Part shown: in pieces, positions 9,122 to 17,266 of the stretch | How the letters are laid out: each line of letters starts with the position of its first letter | Position numbering within the stretch: position 1 is the first letter of the stretch | NCBI GenBank assembly: GCA_043728975.1 | Contig: JAYTMA010000027.1 | Span: 1 to 38,465, forward strand | Direction of reading: 5' to 3' | DNA: 38,465 nucleotides | DNA from: a bacterium | GTDB taxonomy: Bacteria; Patescibacteriota; Minisyncoccia; Phycocordibacterales; UBA918 | Program-made: the position numbers and the translations under genes | Notes under the pieces: model-generated | What the model saw: only the letters and a program-made list of their open reading frames with translations | Database searches by the model: none | Told to the model about the DNA's origin: nothing

Positions 9122-9171
9122 ATTTGTGCGCCCAAGTAATGCGCCTGCGCGCATTACGTCCAGGGATCGAA
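9122..9171 (-). repeat. Inverted partial copy of the tRNA-Lys 3' half, interrupted by a 25-nt palindrome
   Basis: 9122-9134 ATTTGTGCGCCCA is the reverse complement of 9083-9095. 9160-9171 CCAGGGATCGAA is the reverse complement of 9071-9082. Between them, 9135-9159 AGTAATGCGC-CTGC-GCGCATTACGT forms a 9-bp hairpin. Confidence 0.7.
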
Positions 9172-9189
9172 GCCCGATTGAGTTAGATT

Positions 9190-11613
9190 ATGAGTTTACG
9201 AAATAATCTAACCAATTGGGATACTGGTCGTGTAACGACCGATACCCCTGGTGGCAATTATATAGCCCTTTATAAAAGCTTTTATTTGAGCTACAATTTT
9301 GATATGAGTGAAAGCTATCCCTTTAGACAAATAAAGGCGGAAATTGAACGAAAAAAAATGCCTGAAACCGTTGTTCCTTTGACAGCGGAAGAAACTGATG
9401 ATGTGGCCGAGAAACCAATGACCATAAAAGACCATTGGTTTACTCTGCGTCGCTCAATTCAAGAGAAAACGGAACCCATCGAAGAGTCCCCAGACGAGCA
9501 AGCAAGAACTAAGTACTTGAATGAAATTATTACGCCGGCACTCATGTTGGAGTATAAACAAATCGTAAAAGGCTTTAGCGAAAAAACCATTAAGTCAAAG
9601 GAGCATACCGAGCGCGAGCTCATAGATATCGAGGGCGAAGAAACCTCAGCTCAGATAGAAAGCTGGATAAGCAATCTTATAACGGAAATACAAGCAAAAA
9701 ACGAAGTCGGTTTTGACGAAAGCGACATTGAGGAACTTAGAGCCCAGTGCTGGATGTTTTTTGATTCGGTTGCTAGCGTGATGAATACTAAGACTTTTGA
9801 AAGGGACGTCGCCGAATTCTATAAAGATAAAAACATCACTGAATTAGACGAAAGCGAACAAACGGGACTAAAAGCCGAATTAGCAACAGAACTACAAACA
9901 CGCTATGGATTAGGGGATGCGGAAGCAAAAATCTTAATTGATTTAATAGCCTCGACCGAGGGTGGTGAAAATTATTCTCCCAAAGTATTGGCCGATATGA
10001 TTGCGCGTCTATGGGAGGAATATAAACTCGGAGAAAGAAAGGGTGATCTCACAAAAATTTCCCTCGGCTACTTAATGTCCCAAGGTGCACACAGCTTTGC
10101 TCCTTCATTGTTTGAGAATATGTTGGCGGATGGTGATTTTAATGCAACTGTAGCTTTGGAATTTTTTGGTCTAATAAAGGCCGGACAAGTTATTGACGCC
10201 AAAACAGATATTGAGCTGGCAAAAGTGATGCACGATGTTAATGAGCAAATTAACGAACGTATTTCTAATTCTCTTTTTTTCCAAGAATTTGAATTTATCC
10301 ATGAAAAATCCTTGGGTGAAGTATTTGCCACTTTGGAAAGAGGCAAAGCCTCAACTGAAAAACTTTTGTCCTTATGCATCTCACAGTTTGTACCAACCAT
10401 GTCTGGAATAGTTATGTCTTTGGCATTTCTAACTAAAATTAATCCGGCCCTCGGGGCGATCGGTTTAGCCAGTTTGCCAGCAATGTATGTAGTTGCCAAA
10501 AAACAAAATGAGAGGATTAGGCCCATGTATGAAAAAGAAAAGAGGGCGGAAGAGAAAATTACTACCCGGCTCGGATCGATAAAAAGCGGATTTGAAGAAA
10601 TTAAAACATCACCAGATACACCTGCTGTAGCAGGCCACGTCAAAGAACAAATGACTGTGACGGACTCATTATCTTTGAAAAGATTCGCTCAAGAAACGAA
10701 AGACAGAATCATTCGAATGATTCCGTTTGACATCTCCACGGTGGTTGCTGCTTCAGTTGGTGTTACGTTGCAAAATATGGGTATGATTTCTGGAGGTGCT
10801 GTACTGTCAAATATAATTTATTCCAATCAGCTAAACGGTCCAATGCAAACGTTGGTGGATATATACTTCAACCAGTTTTCCCGTTTCATTCAGGACATAG
10901 AACGCATGGACGAGATCCTAGGCGAATATGGAAAATTAGACTTACCTAAAGGTGAAAAAGAACAAGGCAGAAAGCCTGTCTCTGAATTAGATAACTTTGA
11001 CATTTCGATTCGTGGACTTAAATACAAAAAAATTCTAAATGGATTAGACCTCGATATTAAACAGGGTGAATTTGTCACCATTGCCGGCCCGTCGGGCGCG
11101 GGCAAATCTACCCTACTTAGAAACCTAGTTGGGCTATATAAACCTGATGGTGGAAGTATAGAAATTGGTGGTACCTCTAGCGCTGATATTAAGAAATATG
11201 GTCCTGAATCAATTTATTCAGCTATGTCCTACTGCAACCAAAACCCTCAAATTTTTTCTGGCATGACCCTACGCGAAAATTTACTACTATGGTCCAAAAA
11301 GGCTGTTGACGATGAACGTATCAAGGAAGTTCTTCGAGATTTACACCTAGATAAATTTGTTGGTAAACTTGATGTCGAAGTAGCCAATCTATCTGGTGGA
11401 GAAAAAGTTCGTCTAGGCGTTGCTCGTACTTTAATTAAGGGGGCAAAAATTATGTTACTGGATGAACCAACCGCCAGCCTAGATTCGGAATCTGCGAATG
11501 AAGTGAGAAAAGTTATTAGCGGATTAAGTACTAAATACCCTGATACAACTATCATTGCCGTAACTCATGACGAAAATTTAATTAGGGCTAGTAATCGTAC
11601 GATCACTTTGTAA
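9190..11613 (+). CDS. ABC transporter, fused permease/ATP-binding protein with a long charged N-terminal extension
   Basis: The C-terminal NBD has Walker A GPSGAGKSTLL, signature LSGGEKVRL, Walker B IMLLDEPTASLD and an H-loop VTHD. Hydrophobic segments occupy roughly aa 300-590. The first ~290 aa are hydrophilic and E/K-rich. The start is uncertain, with an alternative ATG at 9304 (MSESYPF). Confidence 0.8.
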   Translation: MSLRNNLTNWDTGRVTTDTPGGNYIALYKSFYLSYNFDMSESYPFRQIKAEIERKKMPETVVPLTAEETDDVAEKPMTIKDHWFTLRRSIQEKTEPIEESPDEQARTKYLNEIITPALMLEYKQIVKGFSEKTIKSKEHTERELIDIEGEETSAQIESWISNLITEIQAKNEVGFDESDIEELRAQCWMFFDSVASVMNTKTFERDVAEFYKDKNITELDESEQTGLKAELATELQTRYGLGDAEAKILIDLIASTEGGENYSPKVLADMIARLWEEYKLGERKGDLTKISLGYLMSQGAHSFAPSLFENMLADGDFNATVALEFFGLIKAGQVIDAKTDIELAKVMHDVNEQINERISNSLFFQEFEFIHEKSLGEVFATLERGKASTEKLLSLCISQFVPTMSGIVMSLAFLTKINPALGAIGLASLPAMYVVAKKQNERIRPMYEKEKRAEEKITTRLGSIKSGFEEIKTSPDTPAVAGHVKEQMTVTDSLSLKRFAQETKDRIIRMIPFDISTVVAASVGVTLQNMGMISGGAVLSNIIYSNQLNGPMQTLVDIYFNQFSRFIQDIERMDEILGEYGKLDLPKGEKEQGRKPVSELDNFDISIRGLKYKKILNGLDLDIKQGEFVTIAGPSGAGKSTLLRNLVGLYKPDGGSIEIGGTSSADIKKYGPESIYSAMSYCNQNPQIFSGMTLRENLLLWSKKAVDDERIKEVLRDLHLDKFVGKLDVEVANLSGGEKVRLGVARTLIKGAKIMLLDEPTASLDSESANEVRKVISGLSTKYPDTTIIAVTHDENLIRASNRTITL

Positions 11614-11650
11614 TTTTAGAAAATATTAATCTTTAACCTTTAAACTCCTA

Positions 11651-11881
11651 TCAGATAGTGTCCACTACTCTTTTCATTAACTCAGCTACGTATTCATCTT
11701 TATACTTGCGGTATGACTCATAATCTTGTGAATACTTTTCCGCTAAATTCACTTTTAGTTTCGAGTACGCCTTAACTTCACTTGGGTTAGAACGTAAGTA
11801 ATCACGCAAACTAAGAATCTCCTCCAAATGACTATGGCCATGTGGAAAAAAGTGAATGTTGGCAAGTAATACCATCTCCAA
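11651..11881 (-). pseudogene. GrpB-family protein, C-terminal fragment only (76 aa)
   Basis: HFFPHGHSHLEEILSLRDYLRSNPSEVKAYSKLKVNLAEKY..YRKYKDEYVAEL matches the C-terminal third of GrpB/UPF0157 proteins (usually ~170-190 aa). Only 62 nt separate it from the upstream gene, so the N-terminal part is absent. Confidence 0.5.
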
Positions 11882-11943
11882 CTAACCCCTTTCCTCAGAT
11901 AGTGGTATAATTAGGTAATGAAGAAAGATATACCTATGACTCA

Positions 11944-12588
11944 TTAACTAAAATCTTTACTATCACCTTCCTTCATTCTGACAAAATCTATACCCTTCTC
12001 CTTCAACTGACTTTCTATTATCGTATGAACAATTTCCTGGCCACTAGAATTTAATAGCCCATCATGAACTGGAAAAGTAGTTTGTGGATTAACTCGGATA
12101 GCATACGAAATGGCGTCGACTGTTTTACACCACGGCCCAGAAACCGGGAGAGCTAGAACCGGCACTGGTTTGCCGGGTTCTGTATAGGCGTCTCCGGGGT
12201 AAAAAAGTTTTTCTTCAATAAAATACCCGGTATTTTGAACCTGGCCATAATCTTCAAAAATCTCTTCGTGTTTTCCGTCATAGGCCTCAAGTAAAATTCC
12301 GGACTCTGATAATTTATCTTCCCCTTCCAAAACCTGATAAGCAATATATAAATTAGATAAAATAACCCCTACACTAGAGTTGGTTATTATTTTTACTTCT
12401 GGGTTATTTTTTATAATTTTCGCTAACGATTCACTATGTAAATGATCACTATGTTCGTGTGTGATTAAGATTAAATCAATACCACTAACAAGATTTTGCG
12501 CAACGCTAAATTTACCCGGGTCAGTCAAAATTCTTTTTCCGGCTATTTCAATTAGTAAACAACAATGTCCAAATTTTGTTACTTTCAT
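11944..12588 (-). CDS. MBL-fold metallo-hydrolase
   Basis: MKVTKFGHCCLLIE...ILTDPG...LILITHEHSDHL (HxHxDH motif). The start at 12588 is preferred over the track start at 12741, which overlaps the upstream gene. Confidence 0.8.
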   Translation of the reverse strand: MKVTKFGHCCLLIEIAGKRILTDPGKFSVAQNLVSGIDLILITHEHSDHLHSESLAKIIKNNPEVKIITNSSVGVILSNLYIAYQVLEGEDKLSESGILLEAYDGKHEEIFEDYGQVQNTGYFIEEKLFYPGDAYTEPGKPVPVLALPVSGPWCKTVDAISYAIRVNPQTTFPVHDGLLNSSGQEIVHTIIESQLKEKGIDFVRMKEGDSKDFS

Positions 12589-12595
12589 ATAAAAA

Positions 12596-12910
12596 CTAGG
12601 CCAAAGCAATGTGCCGTAAATAATCAGATACTGTGCCAAAGCCAGCCTTAGTCGCTCTTTCTTCAATTTTTGACTTATCTTCAGGGGACACCCTAAACCG
12701 CAAGACATCGCTCTGTCGATCTTTTTGCTCTTTTTCAGCAATAATCAAATTAGGCAAATCAATTAGTAAGTCCGCCAAGTCTTCCTTCAGGAAATCCTGA
12801 CTAATCCGGGCCGCCTCGCACTCGACACGAACTATTTCCTTTGTTTTTGGAACTATAGAATAGGTATATTTTCTGTTGTGAACCGTTAAAGTAGAGAGGA
12901 CTTTTGTCAT
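12596..12910 (-). CDS. Ribbon-helix-helix domain protein, putative antitoxin partner of the upstream HicA-like ORF
   Basis: The C-terminal VLRFRVSPEDKSKIEERATKAGFGTVSDYLRHIALA is a typical RHH (CopG/MobC-like) module. The gene starts 3 nt after the stop of the HicA-like frame. Confidence 0.55.
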   Translation of the reverse strand: MTKVLSTLTVHNRKYTYSIVPKTKEIVRVECEAARISQDFLKEDLADLLIDLPNLIIAEKEQKDRQSDVLRFRVSPEDKSKIEERATKAGFGTVSDYLRHIALA

Positions 12911-12913
12911 ATT

Positions 12914-13149
12914 TTATTTTATTTTTTGTATATATTCTTTTGCTAATTCTTTATAGAAATCCTTGCATTCGTTTTTATGAACCGGGATAATTAAATCTGT
13001 AGTAAGTTTATAGTGACAATACTTCACATGACTACCTTTGGCAGGGATTTGCACAAAACCAAAATACTCAAGTATCATAACTAGCTCACGATACTTAATT
13101 GTTTTTGGTCGGTCTAAAACTTCGCAATTAGTTTTTGTTTTTTTGACAT
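12914..13149 (-). pseudogene. hicA: HicA-like mRNA interferase toxin; intact only from an internal ATG (54 aa, 12914..13078) or via a frameshift in an A7 run
   Basis: The reverse-strand frame reads ..TIKYRELVMILEYFGFVQIPAKGSHVKYCHYKLTTDLIIPVHKNECKDFYKELAKEYIQKIK*, with the GSH and PxH hallmarks of HicA. This frame is open back to a TGA at ~13201 but has no ATG/GTG/TTG before MILE. The ATG at 13149 is in another frame and terminates after 11 codons. One extra A in the A7 run (13135-13141) would fuse it to the HicA frame. Not in the track because it is under 60 aa. Confidence 0.5.
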
Positions 13150-13170
13150 CTCCGACAACGTAACGAATAA

Positions 13171-13197
13171 TAGCTACATTATAATTAAATGTAGCTA
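13171..13197 (-). promoter_or_regulatory. Palindromic operator overlapping a TATAAT box upstream of the hicA-like/RHH pair
   Basis: TAGCTACATT-ATAATTA-AATGTAGCTA has perfect 10-bp inverted arms. The minus strand reads ...TTAATTATAATG..., which contains TATAAT ~25 nt upstream of the 13149 ATG. Confidence 0.4.
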
Positions 13198-13208
13198 CAT
13201 GTCAAACC

Positions 13209-13922
13209 CTAATCTTTCTTACCCAAAATCCATTGGTTAAATAATTTACCCACGACACCCACCAAGAGTCCAAAGAGGGCCATACCACAAAACTTAGTGA
13301 TGATAAAAAGCCAAAGTCCGGCCCCGCCAGGAGGAACCGGCGCTGGTAAACCGCCGAGAAAGACTGAGAACGCCCAGAACATGCCGGTAGGGATACTTGA
13401 ATAGACTGATATGTCTTCACTAATTATATGAAGAGCTACGCCAAGTACCAGCATCACAAACAATAGAGTTGTGGTATAGAGAGCAATATTAAAACCAAAT
13501 ATACCCATTGTCTCTTCGGCGTCTTTCAGATCGACCCGTGATAATTTTGATAAGCGAGCTAAGCGAAGGAAGCGAATAATTCGTACAATGCGAGCTGATT
13601 TGAGGAAACTCAAATTTCCCAAGCCGAGGAATGAAGGTAATATTGCCACTAAGTCAATGATACCGAAAAAACTAAAAGCGTAGCTGCCAGGTTTTTTGGC
13701 AGACCATAATCGCCCAATGTACTCCAGAGTGAATAGAGCCACCGCTACCCACTCAACCAAAATAAATAACGCGTGATACGGCGCTAGAGAAGGAACAGTT
13801 TCCAAAACAATTACTATAATCGAGACAATCGTTGCCAGCGAAAGGAAATCGTTTACCAATGAAAAATATTTGTCTTTCGGATCATCAAATATTTTTCGGA
13901 CTGCCGGTTTTGAAAAAATCAT
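13209..13922 (-). CDS. Ion transport protein (voltage-sensor-type cation channel family)
   Basis: Multi-TM protein with an S4-like arginine ladder LKSARIVRIIRFLRLARLSKLSR followed by a pore-like region and a final TM. There is no canonical TVGYG filter. Confidence 0.65.
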   Translation of the reverse strand: MIFSKPAVRKIFDDPKDKYFSLVNDFLSLATIVSIIVIVLETVPSLAPYHALFILVEWVAVALFTLEYIGRLWSAKKPGSYAFSFFGIIDLVAILPSFLGLGNLSFLKSARIVRIIRFLRLARLSKLSRVDLKDAEETMGIFGFNIALYTTTLLFVMLVLGVALHIISEDISVYSSIPTGMFWAFSVFLGGLPAPVPPGGAGLWLFIITKFCGMALFGLLVGVVGKLFNQWILGKKD

Positions 13923-13963
13923 ATGCGTTGATTATATCACCAGAGTCTCCCGCTGCTCACTTT

Positions 13964-14671
13964 TTATAACCGTAACATCCAACTCTCGAGCGCTAAATCA
14001 ATATCGCACTCCCCGGCGTGAGCGGCGTGATAAAGAGTTAAAAGGGACAAAGCCAAAGCTTCCACTTCACCTAGTTTAAAATTATTAATGGCCTTCTTGG
14101 CTTTGTTGTAGGGAAAGTCTTTTACACCAGCTTCTGTTGCTGTCTTAGTAATTATCGCTAAGCGCAACGTTTTTATCTGCCACCACAATACACCAATAAT
14201 TTCTTCCGCCGGTAAATCATTTTTCTTTGCCTCTTCTAGTAAAAGCCAGAGGGCTCGCTTGTCTTTATGTAAAAATGCATCGGCCAATTGAAAAGGGTTA
14301 AATGCCTCCCCGGCCTCACTCTTATACTCGGTAATTGAAGTAGCACTGCTAATCAATATTTTTTTCGGACTAGCCAAAAGACTTTTCTCCACTAAAATAA
14401 AAGTTTGCTTAGAACTGGCCAAATCAGAGGCTAGCGTTTCGACCTCAGCCCAAAAGTCTTCCGCTTGCGAGGGATTATCTAAAACATACACATACTTCTC
14501 ACCAAAGAGTGAAGTAGCGCCAACTAGGTTGGCGAGTTGCCCTTTTGAATAACTATCCGCCTCAACGCGGACCGTAACAATAGATGTATCAGCTTCTCTT
14601 AGAGAATCAAGCTCCGTAGCGAGTGCCTCTCTGACCTTAATCTCATTGGCTCCATAAAAAACAATCAGCAT
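13964..14671 (-). CDS. holA: DNA polymerase III subunit delta-like (short HolA)
   Basis: 235 aa, lying 2 nt downstream of polA. The N-terminal pattern (MLIVFYGANE...LFGEKYVYVL) and helical C-terminus resemble minimal HolA proteins. The call is weak and based on pattern only. Confidence 0.45.
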   Translation of the reverse strand: MLIVFYGANEIKVREALATELDSLREADTSIVTVRVEADSYSKGQLANLVGATSLFGEKYVYVLDNPSQAEDFWAEVETLASDLASSKQTFILVEKSLLASPKKILISSATSITEYKSEAGEAFNPFQLADAFLHKDKRALWLLLEEAKKNDLPAEEIIGVLWWQIKTLRLAIITKTATEAGVKDFPYNKAKKAINNFKLGEVEALALSLLTLYHAAHAGECDIDLALESWMLRL

Positions 14672-14673
14672 AC

Positions 14674-17073
14674 TTATGACTTGGGTCGATCAATTAAATC
14701 TGCCCAGTTTTTACCAATCGCCACATCAACTCGAATTGGCACGCCATGTGTTTCTTTGGCTCGCAAAACCCCCTCCATTAATTCTACTAATTTTGGTACC
14801 TCTTTCTCTACTAGTTCATCTTTTATTTCAAACACTAATTCATCATGCACCGGTAGCAGCATTCTGACCTCATCTAACTTATTTCCTTCACGCAAATACT
14901 CATAGACCTCATTCATGGCTACCCGCATGACGTCAGCCGCTGTACCCTGGATTGGCGCATTGATAGCCATTCGTTCGGCCTGGGCTTTTATAAACGGTGC
15001 TGAAGACTTAATGCCCGGAAAATGGCGGCGTCGCCCAAACAGCGTTTCGGTATAGCCGTACTTCCGAGCGAATTCTTTTGTCTCCTCTAAATAATCTGCC
15101 AGCCTGGTAAAGGTATGGAAATAAGCATTAAGAAATGACTGCGCCTCTTCTCGACTGGTCTCTGGCCCGAGGTTACTCCGCAAGGCATTAACCCCCATCC
15201 CATAGAGAATACCGAAGTTAATGACCTTGGCCTTCCGGCGCATCTCGCTCGTTACCTCCTCCGCCTTTACCCCAAAAACTCTTATCGCCACCCCTGTATG
15301 CACATCTTCTCCCCGTTTAAAAATGTCTAGCATTTTGGCATCATGGGATAAAATAGCCGCGATGCGAAGTTCAATTTGCGAATAATCTATCCCCACCATC
15401 GTATAAGAAGGGGTAGCTACAAAAGCTCGACGAATCGCTTTACTCTCATCAGTCCTAGTGGGGATATTTTGCAAATTAGGATCTTTTGAAGACAACCGTC
15501 CAGTCACGGTTCCAGTTTGTAAAAAAGTAGAGTGGACCCGGCCATCATCCCCCACCTCCGTCGGTAAGGTATCAACATAAGTCGAGACCAATTTTTGGAG
15601 TTCTCGGTAGCGCAAGAGCGAAACTATAATCGGATGAACGTCACGCAATTTTTCTAGCTCAGACTCTTTGGTTGATCTTTGGCCACCAGCGGTTTTCTTT
15701 TGGTTTTTTGGTTTAAGTCCCAAATTATCAAATAGTATTTCCCCTAACTGCTTGGGGGAATTTATATTAAATTCACTACCCGCCTCTTTATATATTTCTG
15801 CCTGGAGCAAGGTCAGTTCTTGATGCATCTTTGTCCCTAGTTCTTTGAGGTAAGGAATATCGAGCAGGACTCCATTTTGCTTTAATTCTTTGACTACTTT
15901 AATCAATGGTCGTTCAATCTTCTCATAAACCGCTTTAAGTTCACCGGTTTTATCTATCAACTCCTCCAGGCGATTTTTGGTAGCGGAAAAATCATTGGTC
16001 TGTAAATAGGCTCGACCAAAATCAACAACATCGGCCGCCGTGGCGTTGGTACGTTCACTCTCCAAGAGCCAAAGCATGATACTGGTTTCTATTAACTCAT
16101 CTTCTGGCACAGCCCGGGCCAGGGATCCTGCCTTCACATCACCCGTAGCTGGTAAATCTAAAGCGGTTTTAAGTCTGACACTTAAGGTTTTAAAGCCGAG
16201 CTCACTAAATAACGAAACTACCTTTTCTTTATCCACGGCATCTTTCCAATATTGCTCTGGTGGCAAAAAGTTAAGCGGAACGTCCAGGCGAATCGTCGCC
16301 AACATCTTGGAAAAACGCGCCTCTTCCTCTCCTTCTTTTAAGAGGTTTACAATTCGTGGTTTTATCCCAGCCGTCAAAAAAGCTCCTTCGTCTTTTTTTA
16401 GTTTTTTATAAATAGTATCTAAATCACCAAATTTTAAAATCAAATCAGTCGCCGTTTTTTCGCCAATACCAACTATCCCCGGAATATTATCTGAGGTATC
16501 ACCGCGCAAACCTTTGTAATCTGGCACCAGCTTAGGGAGGAAACCAAAACGCTCCAGGACTGCCGCCTCATCGTATAGAATAGTTTCATTAATTCCTTTC
16601 TTCAAAGTATAGACCTGGACTCTTTTACCATCCACACACTGCATAGTGTCCATATCACCAGAAGCTATCACCACTTCAAGATCAGGAATGGTTTTTGTCT
16701 CATGAGCAATCGTACCCAAAACATCATCCGCTTCAAAACCAGCATTTTCATAAATTGGAATGCCAAAAGCCACAAAAATATCGCGCGAGCGAATAATTTG
16801 TGCCACCAAGGCTTCGTCGGTTTTTTCTCGTTTCGCTTTGTAACCAGCAAAAGCGGTGTGGCGATAAGTTGGCTCCGGCAAATCATAACAAGCCACGACA
16901 TAATCGGGTTTTAAATCTTCAATAATTTTAAGCAACATAGCGACCACTCCATAGAGGGCCCCAGTCGGCTCGCCGCCCGGTGAGGTGAAATCAGGCAAGG
17001 CATGATAGGCCCGGTGCAAAATCGCGTGAGTATCAAGTAAAATTAATCTTTTATTGTGTTTCTTAGTAGACAT
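14674..17073 (-). CDS. polA: DNA polymerase I
   Basis: 5'-nuclease N-terminus (LLDTHAILHRAYHA, GDTSDNIPGIVGIGEKTA). Pol motifs A (DYSQIELRIAA), B (RRKAKVINFGILYGM) and C (LPVHDELVFE). Confidence 0.95.
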   Translation of the reverse strand: MSTKKHNKRLILLDTHAILHRAYHALPDFTSPGGEPTGALYGVVAMLLKIIEDLKPDYVVACYDLPEPTYRHTAFAGYKAKREKTDEALVAQIIRSRDIFVAFGIPIYENAGFEADDVLGTIAHETKTIPDLEVVIASGDMDTMQCVDGKRVQVYTLKKGINETILYDEAAVLERFGFLPKLVPDYKGLRGDTSDNIPGIVGIGEKTATDLILKFGDLDTIYKKLKKDEGAFLTAGIKPRIVNLLKEGEEEARFSKMLATIRLDVPLNFLPPEQYWKDAVDKEKVVSLFSELGFKTLSVRLKTALDLPATGDVKAGSLARAVPEDELIETSIMLWLLESERTNATAADVVDFGRAYLQTNDFSATKNRLEELIDKTGELKAVYEKIERPLIKVVKELKQNGVLLDIPYLKELGTKMHQELTLLQAEIYKEAGSEFNINSPKQLGEILFDNLGLKPKNQKKTAGGQRSTKESELEKLRDVHPIIVSLLRYRELQKLVSTYVDTLPTEVGDDGRVHSTFLQTGTVTGRLSSKDPNLQNIPTRTDESKAIRRAFVATPSYTMVGIDYSQIELRIAAILSHDAKMLDIFKRGEDVHTGVAIRVFGVKAEEVTSEMRRKAKVINFGILYGMGVNALRSNLGPETSREEAQSFLNAYFHTFTRLADYLEETKEFARKYGYTETLFGRRRHFPGIKSSAPFIKAQAERMAINAPIQGTAADVMRVAMNEVYEYLREGNKLDEVRMLLPVHDELVFEIKDELVEKEVPKLVELMEGVLRAKETHGVPIRVDVAIGKNWADLIDRPKS

Positions 17074-17142
17074 TTGCTTACAGTATACTGATTTTTTCCA
17101 CTAACTGCATTAGGCTTAGTTTTTATCTACTAGTTCGTCCAG

Positions 17143-17168
17143 AATACCCGTCCCGTTAGGGCGAGGAT
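17143..17168 (+). repeat. GC-rich hairpin module, copy A1 (CCC-GTTA-GGG type)
   Basis: AATACCCGTCCCGTTAGGGCGAGGAT. It is related to 17239-17264, 27610-27637 and 27713-27740. Confidence 0.6.
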
Positions 17169-17238
17169 GAATGGACAAATGTATAGCTCGGCGGAGCCGA
17201 AACTTCTGCTAGAAAAAACACCCCGATTCCGCTAGCGT

Positions 17239-17264
17239 AATGCCCCGTGCGTTAGCCCGGGGAT
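17239..17264 (+). repeat. GC-rich hairpin module, copy A2 (GC-GTTA-GCC type)
   Basis: AATGCCCCGTGCGTTAGCCCGGGGAT. It ends 2 nt before the tsaE stop codon (17267-17269). Confidence 0.6.
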
Positions 17265-17266
17265 TG

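Noticed and set aside
12589-12741. A longer N-terminal extension of the MBL hydrolase (track start 12741). Likewise the extended starts of the HK (2942), tsaE (17752), yidC (TTG 31741), the pilin fusion (33516) and the PepSY protein (1712).
   Set aside because: The extensions overlap the preceding gene or its stop and lack family similarity. Internal ATGs give canonical N-termini (MKVTKFGH.., MNNDF.., MPEKLV.., MFSYIW.., MNSKTF.., MKTIQTY..).
17143-17264. Mini-CRISPR array interpretation of the paired ~28-nt direct repeats here and at 27610-27740.
   Set aside because: Each locus has only two copies. The repeats are imperfect, the 'spacers' are ~70-75 nt, and no cas genes or leader are present. 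One pair lies inside a discrete insertion within a gene.
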